Shown here: piece after piece, positions 15,165-27,700 of the stretch
Numbering within the stretch: the stretch's first letter is position 1
How the letters are laid out: every line of letters begins with the position of its first letter
NCBI GenBank assembly: GCA_904063045.1
Contig: CAJFCJ010000009.1
Coordinates: 2,480,968-2,544,967, forward strand
Direction of reading: 5' to 3'
Length of the DNA stretch: 64,000 nt
Source: Dimorphilus gyrociliatus
Taxonomy: Eukaryota > Animalia > Annelida
The notes under the pieces: generated by a model
Told to the model about the DNA's origin: nothing
What the model saw: only the letters and a program-made list of their open reading frames with translations
The model's database searches: none
Position numbers and translations under genes: made by a program

Positions 15165-17758
15165 TCAGAATTTTCTTTTTTTATCCGCTAGAAATCTTCT
15201 ATTGTGATTGCCTTGACTTGATTTATGTTTTTCCTTCCATGAGCGATTTTTCTCTTGGCTTTGGGGATTGGGATTCGGTGGACGATAAGGTTGACGGTTT
15301 TTCTATAAGATTAATTTTGTTTTTATTGTACGATTGACGTCAAACGACTAATTTACGAACCATTTGAGAAGCTCTCCTCTCAGCGGCTCGCTCTCTCAGA
15401 ACAGCCGGATCTTCGCAGAAATTTAATCTCTTTTTCATAACGTCTTCTTCGGTTTCATCGTCACTTTCAACATATTTCTTTGTTGGTTTCTATAAAAAAA
15501 ATAGTCATTTCCATTCAATAACGACAACAATTTTATAAAAAGAAATAGTCGTAACCTTTTCATCAACAGCTAAAACTCGTGGGATAACAAAAGATCTTCT
15601 ATAGTCATCTTCCGAATCATTATCCTGGGCCCCAACGTCATGAGCGTCATACGTGTCATCGTACTCGTCATCATATTCGTTCTCGATAGGTTCACCATTG
15701 TCTATCTCGTACATGACTGCAAGTGTTTTTGTTGTTTCTGTAGCCTCTTGATCTTTTACATTGACAGAGTGTTCTTTTTTTCCCTTATGTATTTTATTGA
15801 CATCGATATCGTTTCGAGAGAAAATGTCAAATTCATCACCATCAAATATATTAGCTCTTTGCCTAATGTTTTCCGGAACATTAATAGTTTCCTGTTGAGC
15901 TGCTTGTTTAACTTCGCTTTGTACTGCGTTTCCTTCTAAAACAGCTTGTACTACTCTTTCAACGTTATTATCGTAGATTTCTAGTTGCTCTCTGATGAAA
16001 TTGTCTCTTAAATCTGGTAAAATTTCTTTAACCTCCCTCAAATAGCTAGTTATGTCGATGCCTTCGGCGCCAAAACTAGACGGCTCTATTTCACCTGCAT
16101 TAGACGCCCCCGCCATAGCACCATCAACATCGCCTACAGGAACCCCTAAATTTTCTTGTGACGATTTACCGACTGGTGTCAGGGAGTCGAATCCGGATGT
16201 TAAAAATGCCAATTCCCTTTCGTGACTGAGAATAAGCGATAAAAAAAACGAAAAAAATTAGATCACACTTGGAAAATAACGAGAGAATCGATTATTTACA
16301 CTGTTTTATTCTGCACGTATTTCCATAACAAAAGACTATCGGTGCTAAAATCGTGAAGGACACAGTAGTCCTTTGCAAAATCATCCTTCTCTAAAATAAA
16401 CTGAAACATTTCTATAGCAGTTCTAGCCGTCTTCTTATTCATTTTACTGGAAATAATGAAAAACACAACCATGAAATTTCTAAAGATATTTGTCGAAAAA
16501 CGATCTATATTTAACAAAGTTAATTAATTTAAACATTCTTTACCTTTCGTCCGATAGTTCTTTCAAATTTCCATGATAAATAATTTTTCGAAAATTTATG
16601 ATAAAACTATACTTTACAATTGATAACTTTTGTAAGATTGTAGTGTTCTTTTCGTCTTCTGCAAGATGTTTTGCTAAACTACACAAAACAAATGAATAGA
16701 AATCTGCAATTCTGGAAAAATAAAAGAAATACAAATTTTATCTTTTTCTGTATAGTTTATCAAATATTAATTTATTTTATGTGAACATACTTATAATGAA
16801 ATTCTTCCCGAAAAAATTCAATACTCGACTCTTCGTGAGAAGTCAAAAAGTATTCGATACTTTTGCTGGTATCTAATAAATAATGTATAATATCCTCTAG
16901 CTTATTATTTTCTGCTGTGACGTTAGTTGTAGATGGTTCGTTTTCCGAGCCAAATATTTCTTCTGTTACTCTATCTAAAGCTTTTCCTATTCCTTTTATA
17001 GATTCTTTAAGGTCGTCGTTGTATTTCGTTTGGTTGTTAAATATATTATGAACTACTTTATTTACTAATTTTTCATTTGATGCTGCGTAAATGGAGCAAA
17101 AATCGAACAATTTTGGTATATCCCAAATAAAGTTTTCATATAAAATATCACCAAATATTTTTGGGGTCAGAAAATGTTCATTACTTTCTTTATGTGTAGA
17201 AAATCTAAGGCACACCTTGAAGACTAACTCATAAACACGGTGTTGTAATTTTTGTATAGTTTCGTCTGCATATTCGTAATTGTCGTAAGGTCTTGGGGAA
17301 TTACAGAGGAAAGATTCTATTAGCTTTTGACATGTGACATCAAAGATAATTTGAACCCAGAACTGTTGATGTGATATTTTTAACAGCCATTGTAAATCTT
17401 CGATAATATATCTATAAAAATCGATAATGTGAATTAAAAAATACCTATGTACATTTTTTTTAATAATTAAACCAATAGAATTAAGAAAAAATCTGTTACC
17501 TAATAAATTCCATCCATTCTTCTTTTTCTGCTTCATCGCAATTCCGAACGGGTGGACTAAAATAAACTAGAAATTGTCTATCTTTTTTCAGAGTTGGGTG
17601 CTGGTGAAATTGTCAAAAAATTATTGAACATAAGTTTAAAATGAGTGATAAATCAAAGTTTTCAAACTCACAATGGCAGGAACAGGTTGCTGTGAATGAA
17701 GTTTAAGATTTTTCCCTTCGCTTTGCTCGAGAAACTGCTGATCAAGAGCTAAAGACAT
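15165..17758 (-). CDS. ASCC2: Activating signal cointegrator 1 complex subunit 2 (CUE domain)
   Basis: MSLALDQ..PAI|HPTLKKDRQFLVYFSPP, DLQWLLKISHQQFWVQIIFD, CUE domain VKEILPDLRDNFIREQLEIYDNNVERVVQAVLE, DEYDDTYD, and C-terminal NHNRRFLADKKRKF*. Confidence 0.93.
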
Positions 17759-17917
17759 AATTTATCTCCGTATTATTCGGCAACTAGGAATGAATTGAAT
17801 GGTACGTGTGACTTAAGTGAAATTGCACAACGAGTGGATATTGGACACTGTATAGAGCCGAAGCCGTTTCGAATTATCGAAATAGATTCATTCTAGAGTT
17901 ATCAAAACCTGTCGATC
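17759..17917. promoter_or_regulatory. Putative bidirectional promoter ASCC2/OPA3
   Basis: Only 159 bp between divergent ATGs; contains an ATTGG (CCAAT reverse) box. Confidence 0.5.
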
Positions 17918-18504
17918 ATGCCTTTCCCAGTATTTAAATTGGCTTATTTAGTCATGAAACAGGTCAGCAAGCCATTAGCAACATATATGAAGCATAGGGC
18001 TAAAACTTCTCGTACTTTTCGGGACTGGTTTATTATCCCACCAGCTCAAAGTCAGTTGATTGCAACACAATCGAGCGATATTGCAAATAAATAACAATCA
18101 TTTTTTTTGTAGTCTATCATCGCTTGGAGACAACAGTCAAGATGAGGTTATTAGGCTTAAAAAAAATTAACGAAATAAAGCCATTGAAACCGGAAATAGC
18201 AGTTGACCTTGGAGCTGAGATGCTTGGTGAATTGGTTGTATTTTCAGTAGCAGCATCAACGATTTGGTTAGAATATAAGCGACAATCGAGAAACGATCAA
18301 CGAAAGGAAGATACACAGAATGATAGACTATTAGAATTAGAGATATTAGTAGCCGATATGCAATTATCAATGGAAAAACAAACAGTCCAACTAAAAGAAT
18401 TATCGAGATTACTCTACTCTCAACAACTGCCAAATCAAATCGAAGATTCCAACAATTCAAAAGCTATTCTACAAGTACACAAGCGCACTCAAACTTCTAA
18501 GTGA
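17918..18504 (+). CDS. OPA3: Optic atrophy 3 protein homolog, 2 exons
   Basis: MPFPVFKLAYLVMKQVSKPLA..IIPPAQ|IYHRLETTVKMRLLGL..DLGAEMLGELVVF followed by a coiled coil. Confidence 0.93.
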
Positions 18505-19642
18505 ACTTGCAATTGAAATCGAAGAGGATTTGTTGTTTAAACACTTTTTTATTTGATTTTTTTTCTTCAACTTGTTCTTTAGGACAAAGATGTAGAATCA
18601 TTACAAGATAGAAAAAAAAATCACATTTTGGTGATTTTATTTAAAAAAACGAACAGAAAATATATGAAATTAAACGATAATGCCGTCTACAGAAATAAAT
18701 TAAATAGCATATCACAGACTATTTTCTTGTATAGAATACAATCTCGTAGCAAGTGCGTGATGACCACATTAATGTATATTATTATAACAGACGCTCGCAA
18801 AGTGATGCCTATTGATTCGACGTAAGATTAATAAAGACTAGCTAACCTGGCAGAGGAAATATTATTACATAAACATTAAGTGTTATGAACTGTTTCGAGC
18901 CAATAGACACGCGCCTTTCGGAACGCCAAGACTTTTGTTGGAAATCAATGCAGCCGCTCGATAGTCGTGTTGTCATATCTTTATTTTTTCGACGAGGTTT
19001 TTAAAGGGAAACTGTATACGAAGGGAAGAAACTCGGAGATTTGTATCGAATTTGGATAAGAGAAATTAGATTTGGTATAATTTCAGAAACGTTAAGGACT
19101 ATATGAAACGACCAGAAGTGTTTTGAAAAATTAAATCAATATAGAACGCCAAGTATTTAGAATAACAGCAGTGTAAAAAACAGGTGTACGATTAACGTTA
19201 TGAATGCAACAAATAATAATACACGTGTTCAGCTAATATCACTGCGACCTGCTCTTCCGCTTTACAGTATGGCGGCAAAGAATCGGTCAAAAGGATGTAA
19301 AAAGGGTCGGGATTTACAGGAACAGAAGTGGACAAATTTATATAGTTCGGCATTAACCGGTCAAAGATCTCGGACAGATGGTCCATTAACAACAGGTTTT
19401 TTTTTTCCATTTTCTAAGGTTTTTGTACATGGTAACATATATACTGTATAAATATGTATATACAATATATATGTATACCCTCCTTCATCCGCCTCTCTCT
19501 CCTTCTCTCCCATCTGTATATCTTTTCAGCATATATAGAAGAGAGAGATCCGAGACTTGATTAAAAATTACTACAATTTATTATAAAATGTGTAAGATAA
19601 AAAAACTTAGCAAATACTAAAAAGTTAGCTAACGTTTTAAGC

Positions 19643-19688
<46 letters not shown>

Positions 19689-19913
19689 AAGAAAAATAAT
19701 AGAATTTACAAATATGTGGCGCCTCAATCGAAATTGAACGAATGTTGGAGAGCAGATGAACAGTTTTTTTTCTTTTTTCCCCCCCCAACGTATTTATACG
19801 TTTCCATCGATTTAGCTTTTAAAAGAGTTTAAATTGTTTAGACGCGTATGCTGTTGTGCACAATTTATATGCGTATACCATATTTTAGGTATACACATCA
19901 GTAAAATGCAGTA

Positions 19914-19952
<39 letters not shown>

Positions 19953-20109
19953 TATATTTAAATATGTATATATATATATTAATTTGTTTCTATAAATATA
20001 TTTAAAAATTACTATCCTCCAAGTGCACTTGTACGCTTTATTAGCGCCAGTTAGATTTTATGTTTAGTCATTTTTTAATTATAAAAGAGAGCAGTGGCAG
20101 AAGATTATT

Positions 20110-20586
20110 ATGGATCTCATTGCTGGCGATGTTCTACAAAAAATGCGCGAAGATAAACATATTCAGCCTAGACGACGAAAGCGTCATTTAGGCACGAAGG
20201 GACGACATAATAAATCTGAACATCTTTCGCGCAGCGTAGAACTTAGACGACCTTCTAACGATATTAATAATTCGTTGATAGGTTCACACAGCTACGTAAA
20301 TGATTATATATCGAGAAGTTCATGCAACGTCTCATCGGTCGATGAGGATAGCGTCAATGAGCTTGTTCAGCTTAATAGGAAAAAGAATAAATTACTATCA
20401 GCCTTCCGAAACAAAGCAAGACGAATACGAGCCTTCTCTAAAGAACAATTATCCAGATTTGTCGGGCGAACTAATGATGTTTGTCCAACTACTGAGACTT
20501 TTGACGCCTTGTTCGATGAAGCCAGAAGGAGGGAAGAACAGTTAACAACCCTTCAGAATATATCTTATGATTCTGGTGTTCAAATG
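20110..20586 (+). CDS. MCTP: MCTP alternative first coding exon 1a
   Basis: 159 codons ending ATG|gtaagt, phase 0, in frame with the exon at 23383 (DAYLTQ). Confidence 0.7.
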
Positions 20587-23500
20587 GTAAGTTTACAAAC
20601 AAATACCTTTTCCTTCCTTTTCAACATGCATGCTCACACCACCTCTAGTAATAGTATTGTGTAGAAAACTGAACTTATAGTAGGCCTAGAAATAAATATG
20701 GACGGCTGGCGGCGTCGTTCGACGCCGGTCGATTTTTTTTTACTCTGGCCGTCAGAGTAAAACGACGCGCCGGCGTCGAATCGTCGTTTTGCCCTTTTTT
20801 CCCTTCACCCTCTGTAGTCTACGAAATTATGCTATTAATTATGGATTGTAACCCTTCTCCGACCAAACGTCCACCGAGTACCCCGACCAACAACCGTTTC
20901 CGCATTACGTCCTCACAAATAACGAAGCTTACTCGACGTATTACGTCCGGATTGTCATATTTTAAAGGCAGGTCAACTTCGAGCCAGGAGGAAACGCCAA
21001 CTATGAGAAGGCGTCTTCTTAGACAATGCAGGACGGAGGCGTCCGTTAATGAACCAATAGCAGGTCGTTCCGGTTGTGGAAAAGATAATTTTGTCCAAAC
21101 CGGCGGCGATGGCGATGAAGATGACGGCGGCGGGAGTTACGAAGGCGGCGTCGGTGATCAGGTAATAAATAATTTAAGAAGCGGCGAATATAGCCTGAAG
21201 GGGTTAAAGACGTACCCTAAAAACAGATGGCGCTAGCTCGTACTCTTTTTATCTGCTTTAGTTTGTCAGTTGTTGTTTTTTTCCTTTGTAATTTATGGAC
21301 AAACTAATGATAAAAGGGAACAGATATGGAGAGAAGTGAAATGGTATAGATAAATAAGCACTGAGAGAACAAACGACAAAGAGGAGCAAATAGTAAAAAA
21401 AAAGAGATAGATAGAAAGATAGAGAAAAAAAAAGAGAGAGAGAGACGGGGGGAGGGGGCGAGGAGAGAGAGACAGAGAGAGAGAGAAAAAGGAGAAGAAG
21501 TGATAGACAGATAGAGCTTGAAGAGAGAAGAGGGTATAGCTAATTGATGAAAAAAACAAGTGAAAGGGAGTGAAACAAGTAGAAAGAACGAGGAAATATA
21601 CTGAGAAAATTGGAAAAAAGAGAAAAGATATACTGTTGTCATATAGTATGGAAAAAAGGTTGGTCATAGAAAGGAAAACATGAATGAAAATTCCTGTATT
21701 ACGTTTCCCACAACCGTCAACTGCACTAATCGATTTTTATACAACGGCCCCGACTTCTTTCCGCAAAATAAACTAAAAATCTTCCTAACGATAATAACCA
21801 GATTCCATATTTTTCGGGTCCATAACCCGATCATTACTGACATGATTGAGTTACCAACGAAGCGTTGTTATTGATAATGGTTACCCCAACCTTAACCTCA
21901 CTTTATTAAAAAAAAACTAGAGCCCATATTCGTTCCTTTGTAGGTTTTTTGTCCTAACAACGAACTGGAATTGTATGCAATATTTATATATGTTTCACAG
22001 GCCTATTAACTAAATTAGAATCGCCAAGTAATGTTGACGTTTCATAATGAATAAAAACTAGCCTATAGTTGTTGCGTAACTGGCGTAACAAACGTAAGAA
22101 ACAAAAAATATATGTGTATCAAGAGTCAATTGATAAATGAATAACAAAAGAAATAGATTAGTTAGTGATAAGGAAGAGAAAATAGAATGAGGGAATATAA
22201 AGAATATAGGAAACGAAGAAAAAAAGAGACGTATAAAGCGATCGATTCTGTCGACTTAATAAACTCGATTGATTTCTACCGCGGCGGATGGATAGAATCC
22301 GAAGCGAGGGACACCTATACCTAAGCACTTTTTATAGACAACGTGCCTCAATTAGATGCTTGGTGAAACTCGCCTACACGTCTCCACTGAGGTGGTTTCT
22401 CTGTCTCAGTAATAGGAAAAACATAAGTGATAAAACTAAAGTAAATACAATTGAGAAGAAACGATAAAGAGTTTATCTTGTATATTTCTGTGCGAAAAAT
22501 TTAAAGATGATTAAAGAGATATAAGTCAATGAAGCGGAAGTAAGGGAAAATAGAAATGAAAGATCTGGATAGAAGTGATGAAAAATATAATTAATTAGAT
22601 ATTTGGGATATATAATTTTTCAAATCATTGCTTCAGAATGAGAAGAGTAAATTCGGTATCTTAATTTTTATTATATATTTACCAATATTTTCCTATATAT
22701 ATGTATATACTGTATGAAAAATACTGTCTACATTTTATAGTATACTGTATATACATGTATGTCTAAATAATTTGATATTCTTTATTAGTTCTAACAATCC
22801 ATAAAATACATAATAACTACGGTCATTTATACACCATACCATATATGGAAAACGTATAAATTAGATGATATATGTATGTATTACAATATGTACACTCGTA
22901 AGTAGAATATATAGATATACAGTATATATACATAAATGTATAAGTCATGTTGTTGATGGTAACAGCTGGTACTCAAAAGCTTTAAAATTTATTACCGTGC
23001 TTACTCCATAGGATGATATCAAACATTATTTCTATTCCATCAAAGATTATTAAAATATATCTTAGGGAGTTTAAAATGTCTCCAATTCCATTACAGGATG
23101 GAAAATGATGCTCTTATAGTAATTTTCTTTTATAAGAAATGATTTATACAAGAAAAAGACAATTTAAATGTGATAAAATATTTTTACGTAGTATGCGCGC
23201 AATACATTTAACATTTTCTATTGTATCTGTTTAACTTTAAATAATTTCATTTACTCTAGAATATAAATTATTTCTAAATGTCACGACAATGGTGGACTTA
23301 AGATATATATATATATAGATTGATTTACATATATACTCTATTTAGCTTATAAGTTTGTAAACGATTTATTATTTCTTTTCAGGATGCCTATCTAACACAA
23401 AGGAAATGTTTAGACCATCCTTTTTATCATTTAGAAGTTCATTTAAAGAGGGGAGCTCAATTAGTCGTTAGGGATTCTTCTGGTATGCTGGCTCATTCAG

Positions 23501-24342
23501 TTTTTTGATTTTACTTATTTATAATATGACTATCTTTTAACGTTTAAAAAGGTTCTAGCGATCCGTATGTTATATTTAAAGTTGGAAAGAAACAATTATA
23601 TAAGAGCAAAACTGTTAGCAAGAATTTGAACCCATTATGGGACGAACGATTTACTCTCCCAATTGAGGATCCATCGGCAACTATAACAGCTCATGTCCTC
23701 GATTACGATCGAGGATTGAGGAGAGATGATCCAATGGGATTTGTTACTATAGACTTAAATCTATTAGATTTGAATAAGTAAGATGAATTAAATTCATTTT
23801 GTCTCTTATAGAATGATTAATTTGATTTCCTTTGAAAATCACAATGAAACAGATTAACCGAGCTCAAATTAAACCTTAAACCAGAGAATCCAGAAAAGGT
23901 TAAGGAAGATTATATGGGTTATTTAGTGCTACAAGTTAAGTTGATACCTAAAAGCCTTGAGGAAAAGGAAGAGGTAGGAAGCAATATATTTTATTACTTG
24001 ATCGTCTTCGTAGTTGACATCCTTTACAATTATTATTTTTACTTCTGTCATCTTATTTATTAATTATTAATAATTTAATACTCATAAATCTGCTATCAGA
24101 TTATGGCCTGTCAGACCAATAAGGTAAACACTTTGTAACTCTATTCCTGGTCTATTTTCTGTCTTTTTAGTCTTCTTATATACTTAAACAGTTAATGATA
24201 ATTTGGCTTTTATTATTATCAAATAAGTTAGTCCTACATATTGAACTTGTAATAGTTAAAAGGTTGTATCGCTTTTCTATGGAATATAATAACCTCTCTT
24301 TTTACTGTAAACATATCCAATTATACATTATATTATATATAA

Positions 24343-24381
<39 letters not shown>

Positions 24382-24672
24382 AAGTGTATATATTGTACAT
24401 TATGTATACTGCATAGAGAGATATGTTTATACATTCTGTACATAATGTATCTTTGCATAAGAAATAGATAAAAAAAATAGAAATAGGAGGAAAAAATAGT
24501 CTCCCGAAATCGATTTTTTGTTGCAGATGCGTCCTAAAGGGAGGTTTCGGCGGAGTTTGACTTTTTGCTTGTTTTTCGTACTTTTCTTCTTCTTCTATGT
24601 TATATTATTCACTTGGTTATTAATCCAAGTCTTTTCATTCTCTAGATAGAAGAGAAAATGATCTATTGCATT

Positions 24673-24713
<41 letters not shown>

Positions 24714-27700
24714 TAATATACGTATATGCTTTAAAGAGGGTTTAGAATTATATTAAAAGGTTACTCTGTCTGTCTGCTGTCTCTGTTTTTTGTTTTAAGG
24801 AAGTTAGGCTTTTAATTTATTTCATCACAAGAGAACGATTAGCTCTAGTAGTTTGTAATTTTTTTGCTAAAGAAAGCTTCTGTTTGCACCTGTTTTTGTT
24901 CTAGTTAATTAATATTTTTACACATTTCAACTTATTAGTTGAAGGTTTGTATGCAAAATTTTTAAGTGACCGTTCGTAGGCCTATAGTTTATGAATAAAT
25001 TAAAAATAGTTTATAAAAAAGAAAAGCAATAGATCGAAGCTATTTACAGTATAAATAGAGGTATATGTATATTAGTATTTTAGTGAGCCAGTCTCTACTC
25101 TATTAAACTGGTAAGCTCTAGATAAAAAAAGAAAAGCTGTTAGGATCGACCGTCCCGATCGCGAATTCCGATTATATCTGGAACAACCAGTCACCGTTTA
25201 AACTGCTGTTTACACCGTAAATGCACCTGCCGCGCCCCCGGTTTTTTTAAAACCCATTATAATCGGTTTTTTTTGGACTTTTCTATCCCCGTCCGAAAAC
25301 ACCCGGTAGAGAGATTTTGTTGAGCTGCGATTGAAACTCCAAAATTAGTCAAAATTGAGTCTAATAAAGCGGAAGGAATATCAAAAATGAAGAAAGCTGT
25401 AAAGAAATGGAGAATGAGTAAGAGTACATCGTCCAATGGCCTCCAGGGGTCTACCGAAAGTGAGAAGCACGACGATGAGAAGCCAGAAAAGGCTTTGAGT
25501 GATACGGAGTTGGCGAATGTTGACGCAACGGGAAGTTTAGGAAAGGTTTCGACAGTTTATTACTTTTAATGGGAGCAAAGTTCACTTTTCTCTATACTTA
25601 TTCGATTAAACACTAAATATATATATTGATTGATTGTTTATTAAAATCAATAGAGACTTAGGGGGATGCAAACACTTCAGACTATGGGAATTTTGTTTAA
25701 CAGAATTAACTACCACATTGTTCAATTAATTATTATTACTATTATTATGCACGGCAGGTGTTTTTTCTTTTTTTTTTATAAAACAAATCAAATAAATGTA
25801 TCTATTTTCTTTCAAAAAGCACTGGCAAGGTCATCATATTTTACACTCTTTTCCCTTAAATATTTTGTACTGACTCTTCTTCGCATATATACAAATTTTA
25901 TATATGTGGAGACATATGAATATTTCGTTAACAGTTGGATGATGTCTTCATTCTATTGGACTGAAGCTGTTAATCCCTTAAATAAGTTTTCTTGTCAACA
26001 GTATTTCCGAAAAAGTGGCCGACAGTCTGACACAAAGAAAATTAAGACTCAATTATGGGCATCTGTAGCGACTATTGTACTTGTAGAGGCAAAGGATTTG
26101 ATGGCTATGGATGATAATGGACTAAGCGATCCATATGTAAAATTTCGTTTGGGTAATGAAAAATACAAATCCAAGTGGAAGGCAAAGACTCTGTCGCCCA
26201 AATGGTTGGAACAATTCGATTTAAGAGTATACGAGGACCAGAGTACGTTATTGGAATTGTCGGTTTGGGATCATGATGCTGCTGGTAAAGACGATTTTAT
26301 GGGTCGTAGTGTTGTTGATCTAGCAACACTAGCACCGGAAACGACGCATGCTTTAGAGTGTAAATTAGAGGATACGGACGGCTATATTAAGATTCTCCTC
26401 TCTATAAGTGGAATGGTTGGATCCGACACCACGTCTGATTTATCAAAATACATTGAAGATCCTAACGATAGAAAAAAAATTTCTCGAAAATATGGAGCAA
26501 TTAATAGTCTCAAAGGCATTAAAGACGTTGGATGGCTTCAAGTAAAAGGTATCAAAGATGCAAACTTCTTCGTGTTATTCATCAGTCCTAATGATTTTTT
26601 CTTTGTTCTTTTTTTCTTAACAAAAGTTCTTAAGGCTCAGGGTCTAGCATCTGCCGATATCGGAGGAAAAAGTGATCCATTTTGTGTTCTGGAGTTGGTA
26701 AATGATCGTCTTCAGACGCACACAGAATACAAGACTCTTTGTCCAGAATGGGGAAAGATTTTCAATTTGTAAGTTTCTTTATTTATTGATAGAAACGGCC
26801 CATTTTAATTTATTTTTCTTAACAACCCAATTTCCCAACAGTAACGTCAAAGATATCCATTCTATATTAGAAGTTACTGTCTATGACGAAGATAGGGATA
26901 AGAAAGTGGAATTCTTAGGAAAAGTGGCTATACCCCTAATCCGAGTAAGTTTTTTTCCCTAATTTTTCCAGAGGCGTGTACAAAAAGATAAGCAGGACAA
27001 AAGAAACAAGGGAAAGAGAAAACGAAACAAAGATAATAAAAAAATCCGACTATATTAGACTTTTCTTTGATACGAACTATCCTTCTGGATCATTTCCCTG
27101 TTCCCTTTTCACATTATATCTTTTCCTTCAAATCTTCTCTTCTCTTTCACTACAATCGGTAGACTAAAAGATGAAGAATAAAGGATAAAGAAAAACAAGA
27201 TTAAAATGATATAGATAAAAGAAAGAAACGAAATTAATTTAAAAAATGTACAGATATATCCGTCGGAGAGAAAGTGGTTTGCCCTGAAAGATAAGAAATT
27301 AACTCGTAGAACAAAAGGGGCTATCGAATTGGAAATGGACGTAATTTATAATAATGTAAGAGAGCTAGAGTTAGATTTCGTCGTCAAATTTATGTCACGT
27401 TACACAGAGTATTTTATATGTAGTATTAACAGCACGAAATGAATATATTGATTACGTAACCCCAACACGTATTTTTATAGTAATGTCTTATTGCTTAGTA
27501 TCTGTTGTCTTACAATACCAATGTTGCCTAATTTCCCAATTTACAAACTTCCTCATCCTCATTCTAAAAACCAATGTAGTAACCATTTTTTTCCTCTCTT
27601 GAGAGATGCAAAGAGCTGTTTCAAAGGAAACAATGAGACTACTAATAAAATTCACCATCTGCCTCTGAAAAGAATTCAAACTAAACAAGACATTCAAAAA

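Noticed and set aside
21293-21667. Overlapping Phe/Ser/Leu-rich minus-strand ORFs (also 3568-3828, 19561-19788, 30890-31135)
   Set aside because: They are translations of GA/CT or GT microsatellite and purine-rich intronic DNA, with no coding signal.
24527-24650. Acceptor-like ttgcag followed by [14 protein letters not shown] as another MCTP cassette exon
   Set aside because: The best donors give 17 or 28 nt (frameshifting), and the only frame-preserving donor (gtactt, 51 nt) is weak.
25666-26001. N-terminal 112 codons of the 368-aa ORF in the track
   Set aside because: This is AT-rich intronic sequence that happens to be open; MCTP homology starts at the acceptor at 26001/26002.
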